The notes under the pieces are model-generated. The model ran no database searches, was not told the DNA's origin, and was given only the letters and a program-made list of their open reading frames with translations. The position numbers and the translations under genes are program-made. From NCBI GenBank assembly GCA_965235115.1, contig OZ249437.1:11904001-11968000 (forward strand): DNA of 64,000 bases, written 5' to 3'. Position 1 is the stretch's first letter, and every line of letters begins with the position of its first letter. This DNA is from Laetmonice hystrix (lineage: Eukaryota). Shown piece after piece: positions 54,020 to 64,000 of the stretch.

Positions 54020-55008
54020 TATGCCATAAACATATGCGGTCCATAGGTAATTAAAATCTTCTTGACTCAGTATACTGGGCCCTGGGACATGTTATAATCG
54101 ACCTGGCAGATATCTCGAGTTTTTCAATCTTGGGTTGATTTCGCTCCATTTCGAGGCAGTGCACATAAAATTACCCACAGCGCAGAGCCGACAGTAAACA
54201 AAGACACTTTCTGTTAACCAGTTTGGTAAAACACACATTGAATCAAAGTGACAGGGGGGGGGGTGCGCCCCCAACATAACCTTGAAATGCGAACACTGAA
54301 CGAAATAGTGAAACTAAACATCTTAAAAGTAACTAATAATTAAAAAAATATTCCTCTTACACAATGAAACAAAAATGTTTTAAAATCAGTTAGCATTCTA
54401 TGAAATCTTGACACAGGTATCTTCTTATTCTTCTTCTTTATCCTTTCCTGCTTTTTTTTTTCTTTCTATCTTTTTTTTTTTTTTACTTCTTCAATTAAAC
54501 GAAACCGTTAAAGATCCTCATGCCGCCCTTAACGTACGATAAAGATCGACGCGGGAAATTGCATGTTGTATAAGTTCCCAACCAAAATGTCAGAGCTCTA
54601 TTCCTAGAACCACTCTAGTCCATACACTCACACCGGTTGGTCTGAGACACTGCACATCTTCCTATTGTCATGACATACGGATCATAGCTGCCCCTTTGTT
54701 CACTTTTTTCTTGTTATATGACAGCGCGCATGCTGCACGATGGTATTTTGAAGAGGCTTACATTGTGTCTCTTTGTTTGCGTTCCTTGACATGTGAACGC
54801 AACGTAAAACACACTCGCTGTGTGTGACAACGTAACCCTGTTGGTTTGCTGACATATGTCTGGGATATGGATGGAAGAGGCACGAGTCGTGACATCACGG
54901 AATGTCATGAAAGACGGTATATCCCGTCACAGACAGTCAGACATCTGTCTGCCTTGAGCTCCCTCCTGCTGCAGCCGCTAACAGACACACACACTACGAC
55001 CGGGTCGT

Positions 55009-56913
55009 TCACGGTCTCCGCCCACGTACCGGTTTGCGACCAGACCCGGTCTGAGCGTTCAGCATTGCCTTGATGGCTCTGGCTCTCATTTCTAACTCTA
55101 AGATCTCCATCTGACTCTGAGACAGCTCGCCTTCTCCCGCCGGAGCCGAAGCTTTCTGTGGGCCGGCCCCAATCTTGGTGGTCGTCAGCGCTCCGTCTGA
55201 CCTCTTGACCTGTTCACCTCCTGACCCGCTGACCCGACCCCCGACCGATGGCCTGACCTGGGGCCGAGTGGTGGGGACACTCCCCCGGCCGATTCTGCCT
55301 GCCGTGGAGGAGGTAGGGGAGGGCCGCCCGCCTCCTGTATCTACAGGTCTTTCTCGTTCTACCACCACCCTGGAGTCCACAGTGGGACGATCCTTCACAG
55401 GAGGTGGTGGAGCTGGTGGAGCTGGTGGAGCTGGTGGAGTTGTGGGCCCGGGATCGTGAGTGGCCGGTTTACGGATCAGTTTGACGGGTCTGCGTGTAGC
55501 CGTAGTACGCGGAGAACCGGTGACGGGTGGGTTGTGGTTGGCTGGGGTCCCAGCCGGCTCCTGCCGGGGGACACTGACCTTTTGTCGGACGGCTGGTTTC
55601 ATGTCAGAGATCAGGTTAGGTGTTAGGTCTGGCTTGTCGACTGTCTCCAACTCTACATCCGGGGCCCGTGTGGTGGATATCACACGAGGTTTATCAACTC
55701 CTGGCACACTGGGACCTGACACGTGGATGCTGTCAGTGCTGGTCGAGGGAGGAGGTCGCCCAGCAACTGGAACCGTCTTCTCTTCATGCTTCCTTGTTCT
55801 TTCCTGCTGGGCCGGGGCTTTCTTCGGGACCGGCTGTTGGGTTGTGGTAGGGTCTGGCTGATTGGTCGTGGTGGGGTGCTGCCGGGCCGGGGGCTGATCG
55901 GGCCGGGCCTGGGGCTGGTCGGGCTGCCGGGCTGAGGGCTGGTCAGGCCGGGCACTGACCGCTGTCGACTGCCGGGCTGAGGGCTGGTCAGGCCGGGCAC
56001 TGGCCGCTGTCGACTGCCGGTCCGGGGGCTGGTCGGGCCGGGCACTGGCCGCTGTGGACTGCCGGGCCGGGGGCTGGTCAGGCCTGGCACTGGGCGCTGT
56101 GGACTGCCGGGCTGATGGCTGGTCAGGCCTGGCACTGGCCGCTATGGACTGCCGGGCTGAGGGCTGGTCAGGCCGGGCACTGGCCACTGTGGACTGCCGG
56201 GCTGAGGGCTGGTCGGGCTGGTCGGGCTGCCGGGCCGGGGGCTGGTCGGGCCGGGCACTGGCCGCTGTGGACCGCCGGGCCGGGGGCTGGTCAGGCCTGG
56301 CACTGGGCGCTGTGGACTGCCGGGCTGATGGCTGGTCAGGCCTGGCACTGGCCGCTATGGACTGCCGGGCTGAGGGCTGGTCGGGCTGGTCGGGCTGCCG
56401 GGCCACGGGCTGGTCAGGCCGGGCACTGGGCGCTGTGGACTGCCGGGCCGGGGGCTGGTCAGGCCGGGCACTGGCCGCTGTGGACTGCCGGGCTGAGGGC
56501 TGGTCGGGCCGGGCACTGGGCGCTGTGGACTGCCGGGGCGAGGGCCGGGCACTGGGCGCTGTGGACTGCCGGGGCGAGGGCTGGTCAGGCCTGGCACTGG
56601 CCGCTGTGGACTGTCGGGCTGAGGGCTGGTCGGGCCGGGCACTGGGCGCTGTGGACTGTCGGGGCGAGGGCCGGGCACTGGGCGCTGTGGACTGCCGGGC
56701 CGGGGGCTGGTCAGGCCGGGCACTGGCCGCTGTGGACTGCCGGGCTGAGGGCTGGTCGGGCCGGGCACTGGCCGCTGTGGACTGCCGGGGCGAGGGCCGG
56801 GCACTGGCCGCTGTGGACTGCCGGGCTGAGGGCTGGTCGGGCCGAGGTTCGTCGATCACCTCACCCTCTTCAATGGACACCACTGAGCCGGGTGACCCAC
56901 ACACATCCGAGCC
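55009..56913 (-). CDS. CAAP1: Terminal coding exon of a caspase activity and apoptosis inhibitor 1-like gene
   Basis: C-terminus ELSQSQMEILELEMRARAIKAMLNAQ matches the recalled CAAP1 C-terminus QPSAQQLELLELEMRARAIKALMKAG; pyrimidine-rich TTTTTGTTATTGTGTTATAG acceptor puts the exon start at 56913 in phase 0 (GSDVCGSPG...); TGA at 55009-55011; 634 codons open. Confidence 0.82.
   Translation of the reverse strand, partial: GSDVCGSPGSVVSIEEGEVIDEPRPDQPSARQSTAASARPSPRQSTAASARPDQPSARQSTAASARPDQPPARQSTAPSARPSPRQSTAPSARPDQPSARQSTAASARPDQPSPRQSTAPSARPSPRQSTAPSARPDQPSARQSTAASARPDQPPARQSTAPSARPDQPVARQPDQPDQPSARQSIAASARPDQPSARQSTAPSARPDQPPARRSTAASARPDQPPARQPDQPDQPSARQSTVASARPDQPSARQSIAASARPDQPSARQSTAPSARPDQPPARQSTAASARPDQPPDRQSTAASARPDQPSARQSTAVSARPDQPSARQPDQPQARPDQPPARQHPTTTNQPDPTTTQQPVPKKAPAQQERTRKHEEKTVPVAGRPPPSTSTDSIHVSGPSVPGVDKPRVISTTRAPDVELETVDKPDLTPNLISDMKPAVRQKVSVPRQEPAGTPANHNPPVTGSPRTTATRRPVKLIRKPATHDPGPTTPPAPPAPPAPPPPVKDRPTVDSRVVVERERPVDTGGGRPSPTSSTAGRIGRGSVPTTRPQVRPSVGGRVSGSGGEQVKRSDGALTTTKIGAGPQKASAPAGEGELSQSQMEILELEMRARAIKAMLNAQTGSGRKPVRGRRP
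55861..56844 (-). repeat. In-frame coding minisatellite (45-bp PDQPSARQSTAASAR units with 36-bp and 33-bp variants)
   Basis: 19 S/T-containing units plus 3-4 truncated units; all length variants are multiples of 3. Confidence 0.93.
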
Positions 56914-57031
56914 CTATAACACAATAACAAAAATAGGAAATATCAGAAAAACAAATGTCATCTTTGAACTTTGGAGCTAAAATAGTTTTCATTCATACAG
57001 CTCAATAATTTGTTCTGATCGTCTGTTTTTA

Positions 57032-57187
57032 ATCTAACATTGCGGAGCTCATGGCGATGGTGGCCGAGCAGTTAGATGTGCTGGCTGAGGTCTCCACCAA
57101 CAGTTCACTCATCTAACATTGCGGAGCTTGGCGATGGTGGCCGAGCAGCTAGATGTGCTGGCTGAGGTCTCCACCAACAGTCCACTC
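57032..57187. repeat. 79-bp tandem duplication containing a SINE-head-like segment
   Basis: ATCTAACATTGCGGAGCT...GGTGGCCGAGCAGTTAGATGTGCTGGCT...CTCCACCAACAG starts at 57032 and 57111. Confidence 0.85.
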
Positions 57188-57395
57188 CCTGACGAGGTCT
57201 GTATTTCTCTTATACCGAGACTGAAGGTTATAAAAGAGTCTCCCAGGGAAAAGTCATGTGGGCAATATGATTGTAATTTGTTGAAGGACAGTTTCTGAAA
57301 GGACCTTTAACTGGAACCACTAGTTCCTACTTCCAGATGGATTACCATTTCATGACATGAAAAGAAAAACCTTTCGCACATATTTTCACCTATTT

Positions 57396-57530
57396 CTACT
57401 CAACATTTTCATGTCCAACGATATCCAGTTGTTTATTTACCTTTAATCTTATCTCGCTAAGGACTTCCTTTTTGTCGATATCTCCCAGCCATATTCTTTG
57501 TTTGGCCTTTGACATTAGTAGGTTCAATAA
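57396..57530 (-). mobile_element. Possible L1/Tx1 ORF2 C-terminal remnant
   Basis: LLNLLMSKAKQRIWLGDIDKKEVLSEIRLKVNKQLDIVGHENVE* resembles the L1-clade C-terminal NLxLxxAKxxIW motif. Confidence 0.35.
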
Positions 57531-58432
57531 GAATTAGTGTCCCGAGTGTCCAATGTGACCGCGAACCCTGTCTGGTCGGGTAACTCCCCCCACCCCTCAT
57601 TATCCCTCCATTATCACTTTATCTATACTGATCATCATGTGCACCCTAGGACGGGTGCGGGGTTAGACTCCGCACCCTGTCCTCTGGCCCATTCCACCCC
57701 ACTGCCGGGGGTAGGGGGTGATGCCTATGGTCGGTGTGTTTGGGCTCTACTCTAGCATGGTCTGTGGAAGATGGATGCCTCCGGAATAATGCCCTAGTAA
57801 TACCAACACTGTACCTCCGGTGATAAATCACCGGGACGTACACCATGTAGATACTAAATCAGCCTGAAACACATCTGTCTCCTTATAATTCAGGCTGCCT
57901 CAGCCAACCACTCGGCGACCACCACTGGTAGGGAGTACACGTCTGGCTCAGCCCGCACCATCTTGTCTCCCCCGACAGGTGACCTTCCCACAGTCTTCTT
58001 ACAGGTACCCACACGCATGGAAATACACCTGTGGGAGCCTCTCAATCATCCCCCTTTTTAATGTCAACTTATTGTATAACAAAACGTACATTCAGACTAT
58101 TTAGCGACCAGAAACCGTGCAGAGGAATATTTTGTCGCGCGGATTTCAAAGCAGTGCGTCGTAGATGTGTTAGGTCTGCTACTAGAGAATTGCTTACCCC
58201 TTTCATGCCGGCATACAAAGTGGTACCATTCTTGGACATAATGTATTGCAACACACAACTTCATGAGTGATTCTAACCTGATAAATACGGCACAAACTAC
58301 TTGATCATGGACCACTCTGTCTCAAAGAACACTTTGGAAATAAAGATGACATTTAGAATAGCTAGTTGTGGTCTTAGCTGGACTTTGAATGGAGCTTGCT
58401 CGCCTTACTTTTCTCAACCACCACGGTAAATT

Positions 58433-59947
58433 CTTACTTTCTATATACTACTCACAGAGCCGCTCCCTGTATGACCCTACTTTCTATAATACTACTCACA
58501 CAACCGCTACCTGTATGGTCCTACTTTCTATATACTACTCACACAACGCTCCCTGTATGGTCCTACTTTCTATATACTACTCACACAACCGCTCCCTGTA
58601 TGGTCTTACTTTCTATATACTACTCGCACAACCGCTCCCTGTATGGTCCTACTTTCTATATACTACTCACACAACCGCTCCCTGTATGACCCTACTTTCT
58701 ATAATACTACTCACACAACCGCCCCCTGTATGGTCCTACTTTCTATATACTACTCACACAACCGCCCCCTGTATGGTCCTACTTTCTATATACTACTCAC
58801 ACAACCGCTCCCTGTATGGTCCTACTTTCCATATACTACTCACACAACCGCTCCCTGTAAGGCCCTACTTTCTATATACTACTCACACAACCGCTCCCTG
58901 TATGGTCCTACTTTCTATATACTACTCACACAACCGCTCCCTGTATGACCCTACTTTCTATAATACTACTCACACAACCGCTCCCTGTATGGTCCTACTT
59001 TCTATATACTACTCACACAACCGCTCCCCGTAAGGCCCCACTTTCTATATACTATTCACACAACCGCTTCCTGTATGGTCCTACTTTCTATATACTACTC
59101 ACACAACCGCTCCCTGTAAGGCCCTACTTTCTATATACTACTCACACAACCGCTTCCTATATGGCCCTACTTTCTATATACTACTCACAAAACCGCTCCC
59201 TGTATGGTCCTACTTTCTATATACTACTCACACAACCGCTCCCTGTATGACCCTACTTTCTATATACTACTCACACAACCGCTTCCTGTATGACCCTACT
59301 TTCTATATACTACTCACACAACCGCTTCCTGTATGACCCTACTTTCTATATACTACTCACACAACCGCTCCCTGTATGACCCTACTTTCTATATACTACT
59401 CACAGAACCGCTCCCTGTATGACCCTTATATACTACAACGGCCCCCACTATGTCCTTACTTTCTACAACCGCTCCCACTATGTCCTTACTTTCTATATAC
59501 TACTCACAGAGGCGCTCCCACTATGGCCTTACTTTCTATATACTACTTACACAACCGCTCCCACTATGTCCTTACTTTCTATATACTACTCACACAACCG
59601 CTCCCACTATGGCCTTACTTTCTATATACTACTCACACAACCGCTCCCACTATGGCCTTACTTTCTATATACTACTCACACAACCGCTCCCACTATGGCC
59701 TTACTTTCTATATACTACTCACACAACCGCTCCCACTATGGCTTTACTTTCTATATACTACTCACACAACCGCTCCCACTATGGCCTTACTTTCTATATA
59801 CTACTCACACAACCGCTCCCACTATGGCTTTACTTTCTATATACTACTTACACAACCGCTCCCACTATGTCCTTACTTTCTATATACTACTCACAGAGCC
59901 GCTGCCACTATGGCCTTACTTTCTATACACTCACAGAGCCGCTCCCC
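58433..59947. repeat. Minisatellite, 43-bp unit CCTACTTTCTATATACTACTCACACAACCGCTCCCTGTATGGT, about 35 copies in two sub-arrays
   Basis: Variant ...CTCCCTGTATG up to about 59420, variant ...CTCCCACTATG after about 59440. Confidence 0.97.
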
Positions 59948-61224
59948 TACATTCCATATATGACTCAGCGCCTTGGGCCAGGTCAGCCGGCACCTGGAGC
60001 GCACTAATTGCCATGATGCCAGCGTGTAGCTTATATCGAGTTTCAACCTCCATATACCGACTTGACACCTCATGACTCATCAGCGGATTAATTACTCATT
60101 AATTACTCATTAATTACGGGCGGGACGCTGGACAGCAGGTGGCCAGTCACTACAACCCTTGGCCTTCTGCCGGGCCAAGGTCACTAACCGCACTGTCCTT
60201 ATGGACTACCTCTATCACTATCTAGTTAAATCACCAATCCGACTTGGACTCTATACATGAGGTAAACATTAAAATGCTGCTTACACTTTTATAAGCTTAG
60301 TGTTACGTAACAATATCATTATAACAATTATATTCTTATCATTTACTGGCTCCTAAACCGAGCGCATAAAAAAACTGCTTTACATAAAATTGCAAAACAT
60401 TCTCATTCTATTCTGATACAACCTACAATAAAAACGTCTATCCATATCTAAGACAAATCTAAAAAAAATTAACAATCTTTCTTTAAAAAAAAGCTCTTTC
60501 CAATCAAATCGCAAAACACATTTCACACGTGTCACTGGCCCACACGCAAGCTGTGTCAGAGACAGTCAGAGACAGTGACAGGTTTAGGCAGTGTACATGG
60601 TATTCCCAGTGTGAGGGTTTCCTTGTCGATTGGACCCAGGCCAGTAAAAGCAAGGTTGACTACTTGAAGGACCTGCGTCAACACTGCGCGGACGGGAGAG
60701 GAGTTCTGAGCTGGCTGAGATACAGGGTGCCCGAGTAGGGGGTTAGGATGTCTATATCTGACGGTAGGACCTCCCAATGTCACCCACCTGCCGGTCCACA
60801 CCTGCCAACCCTTGTCTTGTCACCAGGCTCCTCCAAACCTTCACACTGTCAAGGTTGATCAGATAGTGGCAGATCGACCCGACAGCCTGAGTGGTCGAAA
60901 TGGGTTGGTGTTTACACCTAATCCTAGAGATAACTGAATGTAGGAACAATACGCAGACTTTTATTATAGGCCTACCGCCGTACCAGTTCTGACAACGTAC
61001 AGCGTAACGTAGACCCAAATACAAAAATAGAATTTTAATTATGTAATTAGTGATGTATCGACAAAAGAGTTTTGATTTAACACTCAATTAAGTGCGTCCT
61101 AAATTATAATTGGCGGCCTCTGTTTTCAAGAGTCATTCCTGACAAAGATGTTCTAACTGTTCAACTGCCGTACAGTTCGATCTGAATAACCTTGTACGGA
61201 GTTGTAGCCCTCCTCCTCCGTTAT

Positions 61225-61282
61225 GCTCTCCTATTCCCGATTTAAACCAGTTTTAACTGGTTTAAATCGGGAATAGGAGAGC
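61225..61282. repeat. Perfect 58-bp palindrome
   Basis: GCTCTCCTATTCCCGATTTAAACCAGTT-TT-AACTGGTTTAAATCGGGAATAGGAGAGC, 28-bp arms, 2-nt loop. Confidence 0.97.
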
Positions 61283-61830
61283 GTTTAAAAACGTTTGTGA
61301 GAGGGAACCAACTGGTGGGTCACGTAATAAAACGGTCACGATGAAGGAGGGGGAGGGGGCACCTGGCCCCGGTTTCAGAAAGACTCCTTCACTGACGGCC
61401 TTGATATAACCCTGGCCGTTGCGAAGGAGTTAACCCCCGTAGTGCAGCACCCTACATTTTGTAATGGCATTGATAGCCGAGTGGGTAACCCTGGGTAAAT
61501 ATACCGACATTAACACATATCCAATTATTAATGTGAGTCCGGAAACATGAGAGATCCTATTTCAGTTCTCTCCCTGTCAAAGTAGGTCAATCACCTCATG
61601 ATCAGCGTCACCACGCGAATTCTTAATTGACCTACATTCTGAGGTGACCCCTAGAATTAGGCCAGTTTCTTGACCTCGAGGTCAGCATTGTCGTTAAGAA
61701 CTGAGGTGTGGCTCTTTTGTACTTGTCTTAAGGTGGTCATACGTTGAGAACGCACAGGTGGGCAGACAATGAGGGAGGCCATGTGACCGTCATCTATAGT
61801 CTGTCCCATGCTGGAGTCTGGGGTTCTTAA

Positions 61831-62348
61831 AGGGGCATGCTAAAAACACGTTTTGGAGGATTTCCGGCAATTATCCAACATGACCGTGTACTAGGGATCC
61901 AAGTAAATAATCCTACCACAGCATTTTGTCCTCCGACGTGTTTTCGCTGCGTATGCAGCACAAGTAGGTGCCATATGACTAAACTTATAGATTTCTCCCG
62001 ATAGCACATCTCCCGCGGTACACAACCTCCCACCAACCCGTGTAATTGCATACTGTGTCACATCCTGCGTGTGCACTCTCTGCATGTGCTTAGTCACGTG
62101 CTTCGCTTAGTTGTAAACAATTCAGCATTTGCACTCGATCGATCAACAAAATCCACGTGCAAACGATGGGCGGAGCCGTTTTTCCAGATGGCCAGCAAGG
62201 GAGATTCATAAACTTCGATTTCTCATGCAAAATGAAACTGATAAGTCTGTCTTTGTTTACCAAGCAATTTTAATGAAGAATCTCTTTGTGAAAACAGCAA
62301 AAGTTCTTTGAAATACCGATTTTTCACGTTTCCTCATAATATGCCCCT
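61831..62348. mobile_element. Kolobok-like non-autonomous element
   Basis: TTAA|AGGGGCAT ... ATGCCCCT|TTAA; TTAA TSD with short RR-starting TIRs is the Kolobok signature. Confidence 0.65.
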
Positions 62349-63356
62349 TTAACCATATTATCGAGAGGCCCACATAAAACTGACCCCTTTACACGATACC
62401 GTCGGTTGTGACGAACAGATTAAAAGACGCTGACGTGTTTATGATCTACGGATTATATTATGTTACCCAGATATACTAAACCTGATTCTGTGAGGTCCAG
62501 GTTAAATGAGTTTTAAGATCTACCACAATGTACAAAGTCAGGTTTGTGTTCATGATTATCCAATCACAGCCTCAGTTCCGATCCATGGTCTCTGATTACA
62601 TGTTTGCCGAGTAATGTTGGACTTTGAGGTGTGGCTGGGTCACCGCTCTCTATAACTGGGTGTGGTCTCGGGAGGGGGCGAGTAGGGTCGATATAAATCA
62701 AGAACATCAATAAATATGATGACATCCTCCAAACAGGGTTCACCAGGAACAACAAGTAATACTGCACGGCAGTTTCCCACCTCTGGTTATATATAAACGT
62801 GATTACAAATTACTTGATTCCGGTTTGGGTTACTTCATTCCCCTATAGAACTGGTTAGACCGTCTTTTTGACCTTTAAAGCAATAATGTGTAGTGTCAGA
62901 CACATAACGGGATCACTCGGAACACCGATGCTGCTTCTGATTGGCTGTTTCTAGGTCATATCCGGAGGCGAACCAGGCCCCGGATGTATGAAGCGGCCAT
63001 TTCCCCAGGATTTGCGCAAAGTCGTGTAAACCGGCAGCGCGGATGTTTCCCCCTACGCACAGTCATATAGTTCAAATCTAATTTCTCAACATATCTATCC
63101 TGCTCGAATTTTCTACCGTAGAGGCAAAACAGTTTCTTCTTCACGAGCAAACCAGATATTCTAACTCTGTAAAGTCCGACACAGGCTAATTAAGTAGGAA
63201 GTGTTCCATTTTCGACACGGCGGCACCGTGGGACTTTCAGTTTGCTGTTGTCTACATCCGGGCCACTGATCCAGACCTAGCCACCCCCCAACATGGCGAC
63301 CTCCGTCGTACAGCCGAGACATGACGTCAGTCAGTCGAACGGTGTGCCGAGTGATA

Positions 63357-63497
63357 ACGGGATGAGGGTCCTTCACGGCGGCAAAGTATGAAACGAGATG
63401 CCTGGCGCATGAATACGGCACGACACCAAAGGTGGAGTGCCGTATTCATACTTTCCCGCCGTGAACGAGCCAAATCCCGTTAAGTGTTTATTATATG
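63357..63497. mobile_element. Fold-back end of a non-autonomous element (Crypton-like architecture, tentative)
   Basis: Nested stems TTCACGGCGGCAAAGTATGAA / TTCATACTTTCCCGCCGTGAA and ATGAATACGGCAC / GTGCCGTATTCAT, followed by TTAAGTGTTTATTATAT. Confidence 0.45.
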
Positions 63498-64000
63498 TGC
63501 TTGGATTTTTGCTACTTGAAGGAAAGCAAGCAACATTAAACAAAAAGTAACACTACTTTATAAAAACTTCCAGATCCCCCGATGGCCTAATTTATAATAC
63601 ATGTTCCTGTGCTTCCATATGGCCCCATAGTTAAAGTCGCGTCGCCCCACAGCGTGTATATTAAAGGTCTCCGGGCTTGGCGCTGGAGATCGCGTAATTT
63701 ATAATACATATTCCTGTGCTTCCATTGGGCCCCAAATTTAACGTCGCGTCCCCCCGAAACGTGTACAATGTATAACCAAATCAGTCCGTATGGAACACCC
63801 ATTCCATACGGACCACCATAATGGCATCCCCCCTGACTGACAGGTCAAATGCGCATATAATAAAAAGCAATAATATTTCCTGACAATAGGATGGCCGGTC
63901 ATTATTTGGTCATAACCAAACTTTATTTGGACAGTTACATTTTAAAACAAATACTAGAATTTTTTCATAAAAACTGCAGAATAAAACAACTCCTCATTGT

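Noticed and set aside
55680-56980. Antisense 308-aa and 270-aa ORFs and alternative-frame PGSPQRPVPG ORFs
   Set aside because: Shadows of the GC-rich coding repeat; only the 55009 frame continues into the conserved CAAP1 motif
58389-60075. YTTHTTAP / LLSIYYSHNRS ORFs
   Set aside because: Translations of the 43-bp satellite
60529-61087. Short protein-like ORFs on both strands
   Set aside because: No recognisable motif or consistent splice sites; cannot be distinguished from decayed repeat sequence
61120-61185. SNCTAVEQLEHLCQE as a CAAP1 upstream exon (cf. NCSIEEIKKLCQEQL)
   Set aside because: In-frame TGA follows immediately, there is no donor site, and the register is imperfect; likely chance

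Overview
Eukaryotic (probably marine invertebrate) genomic DNA with no prokaryotic gene organisation, rRNA, intact tRNA or CRISPR. The only recognisable host gene is the large terminal exon of a CAAP1-like gene on the minus strand (55009-56913). It ends in the conserved LELEMRARAIKA motif and carries an in-frame 45-bp coding minisatellite. The best-defined mobile element is a 7.3-kb Ginger-type DNA transposon (45118-52392) with TGTTG...CAACA ends, 417-bp TIRs and a 4-bp TSD. It holds a two-exon integrase gene (H2C2 zinc finger present, DDE core not found), followed by a 2.6-kb array of 40-bp repeats punctuated by hairpin modules. The rest is a repeat graveyard: ten minisatellite arrays (units 24-70 bp, about 13 kb in total), a tRNA-derived SINE with a 14-bp TSD, MITEs (Harbinger-like, Tc1/mariner-like, Kolobok-like), a CR1/L2 3' end, several decayed L1/Tx1-like ORF2 remnants mostly on the minus strand, and several near-perfect palindromes. 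All family assignments are by eye and from memory of motifs; no database search was run.
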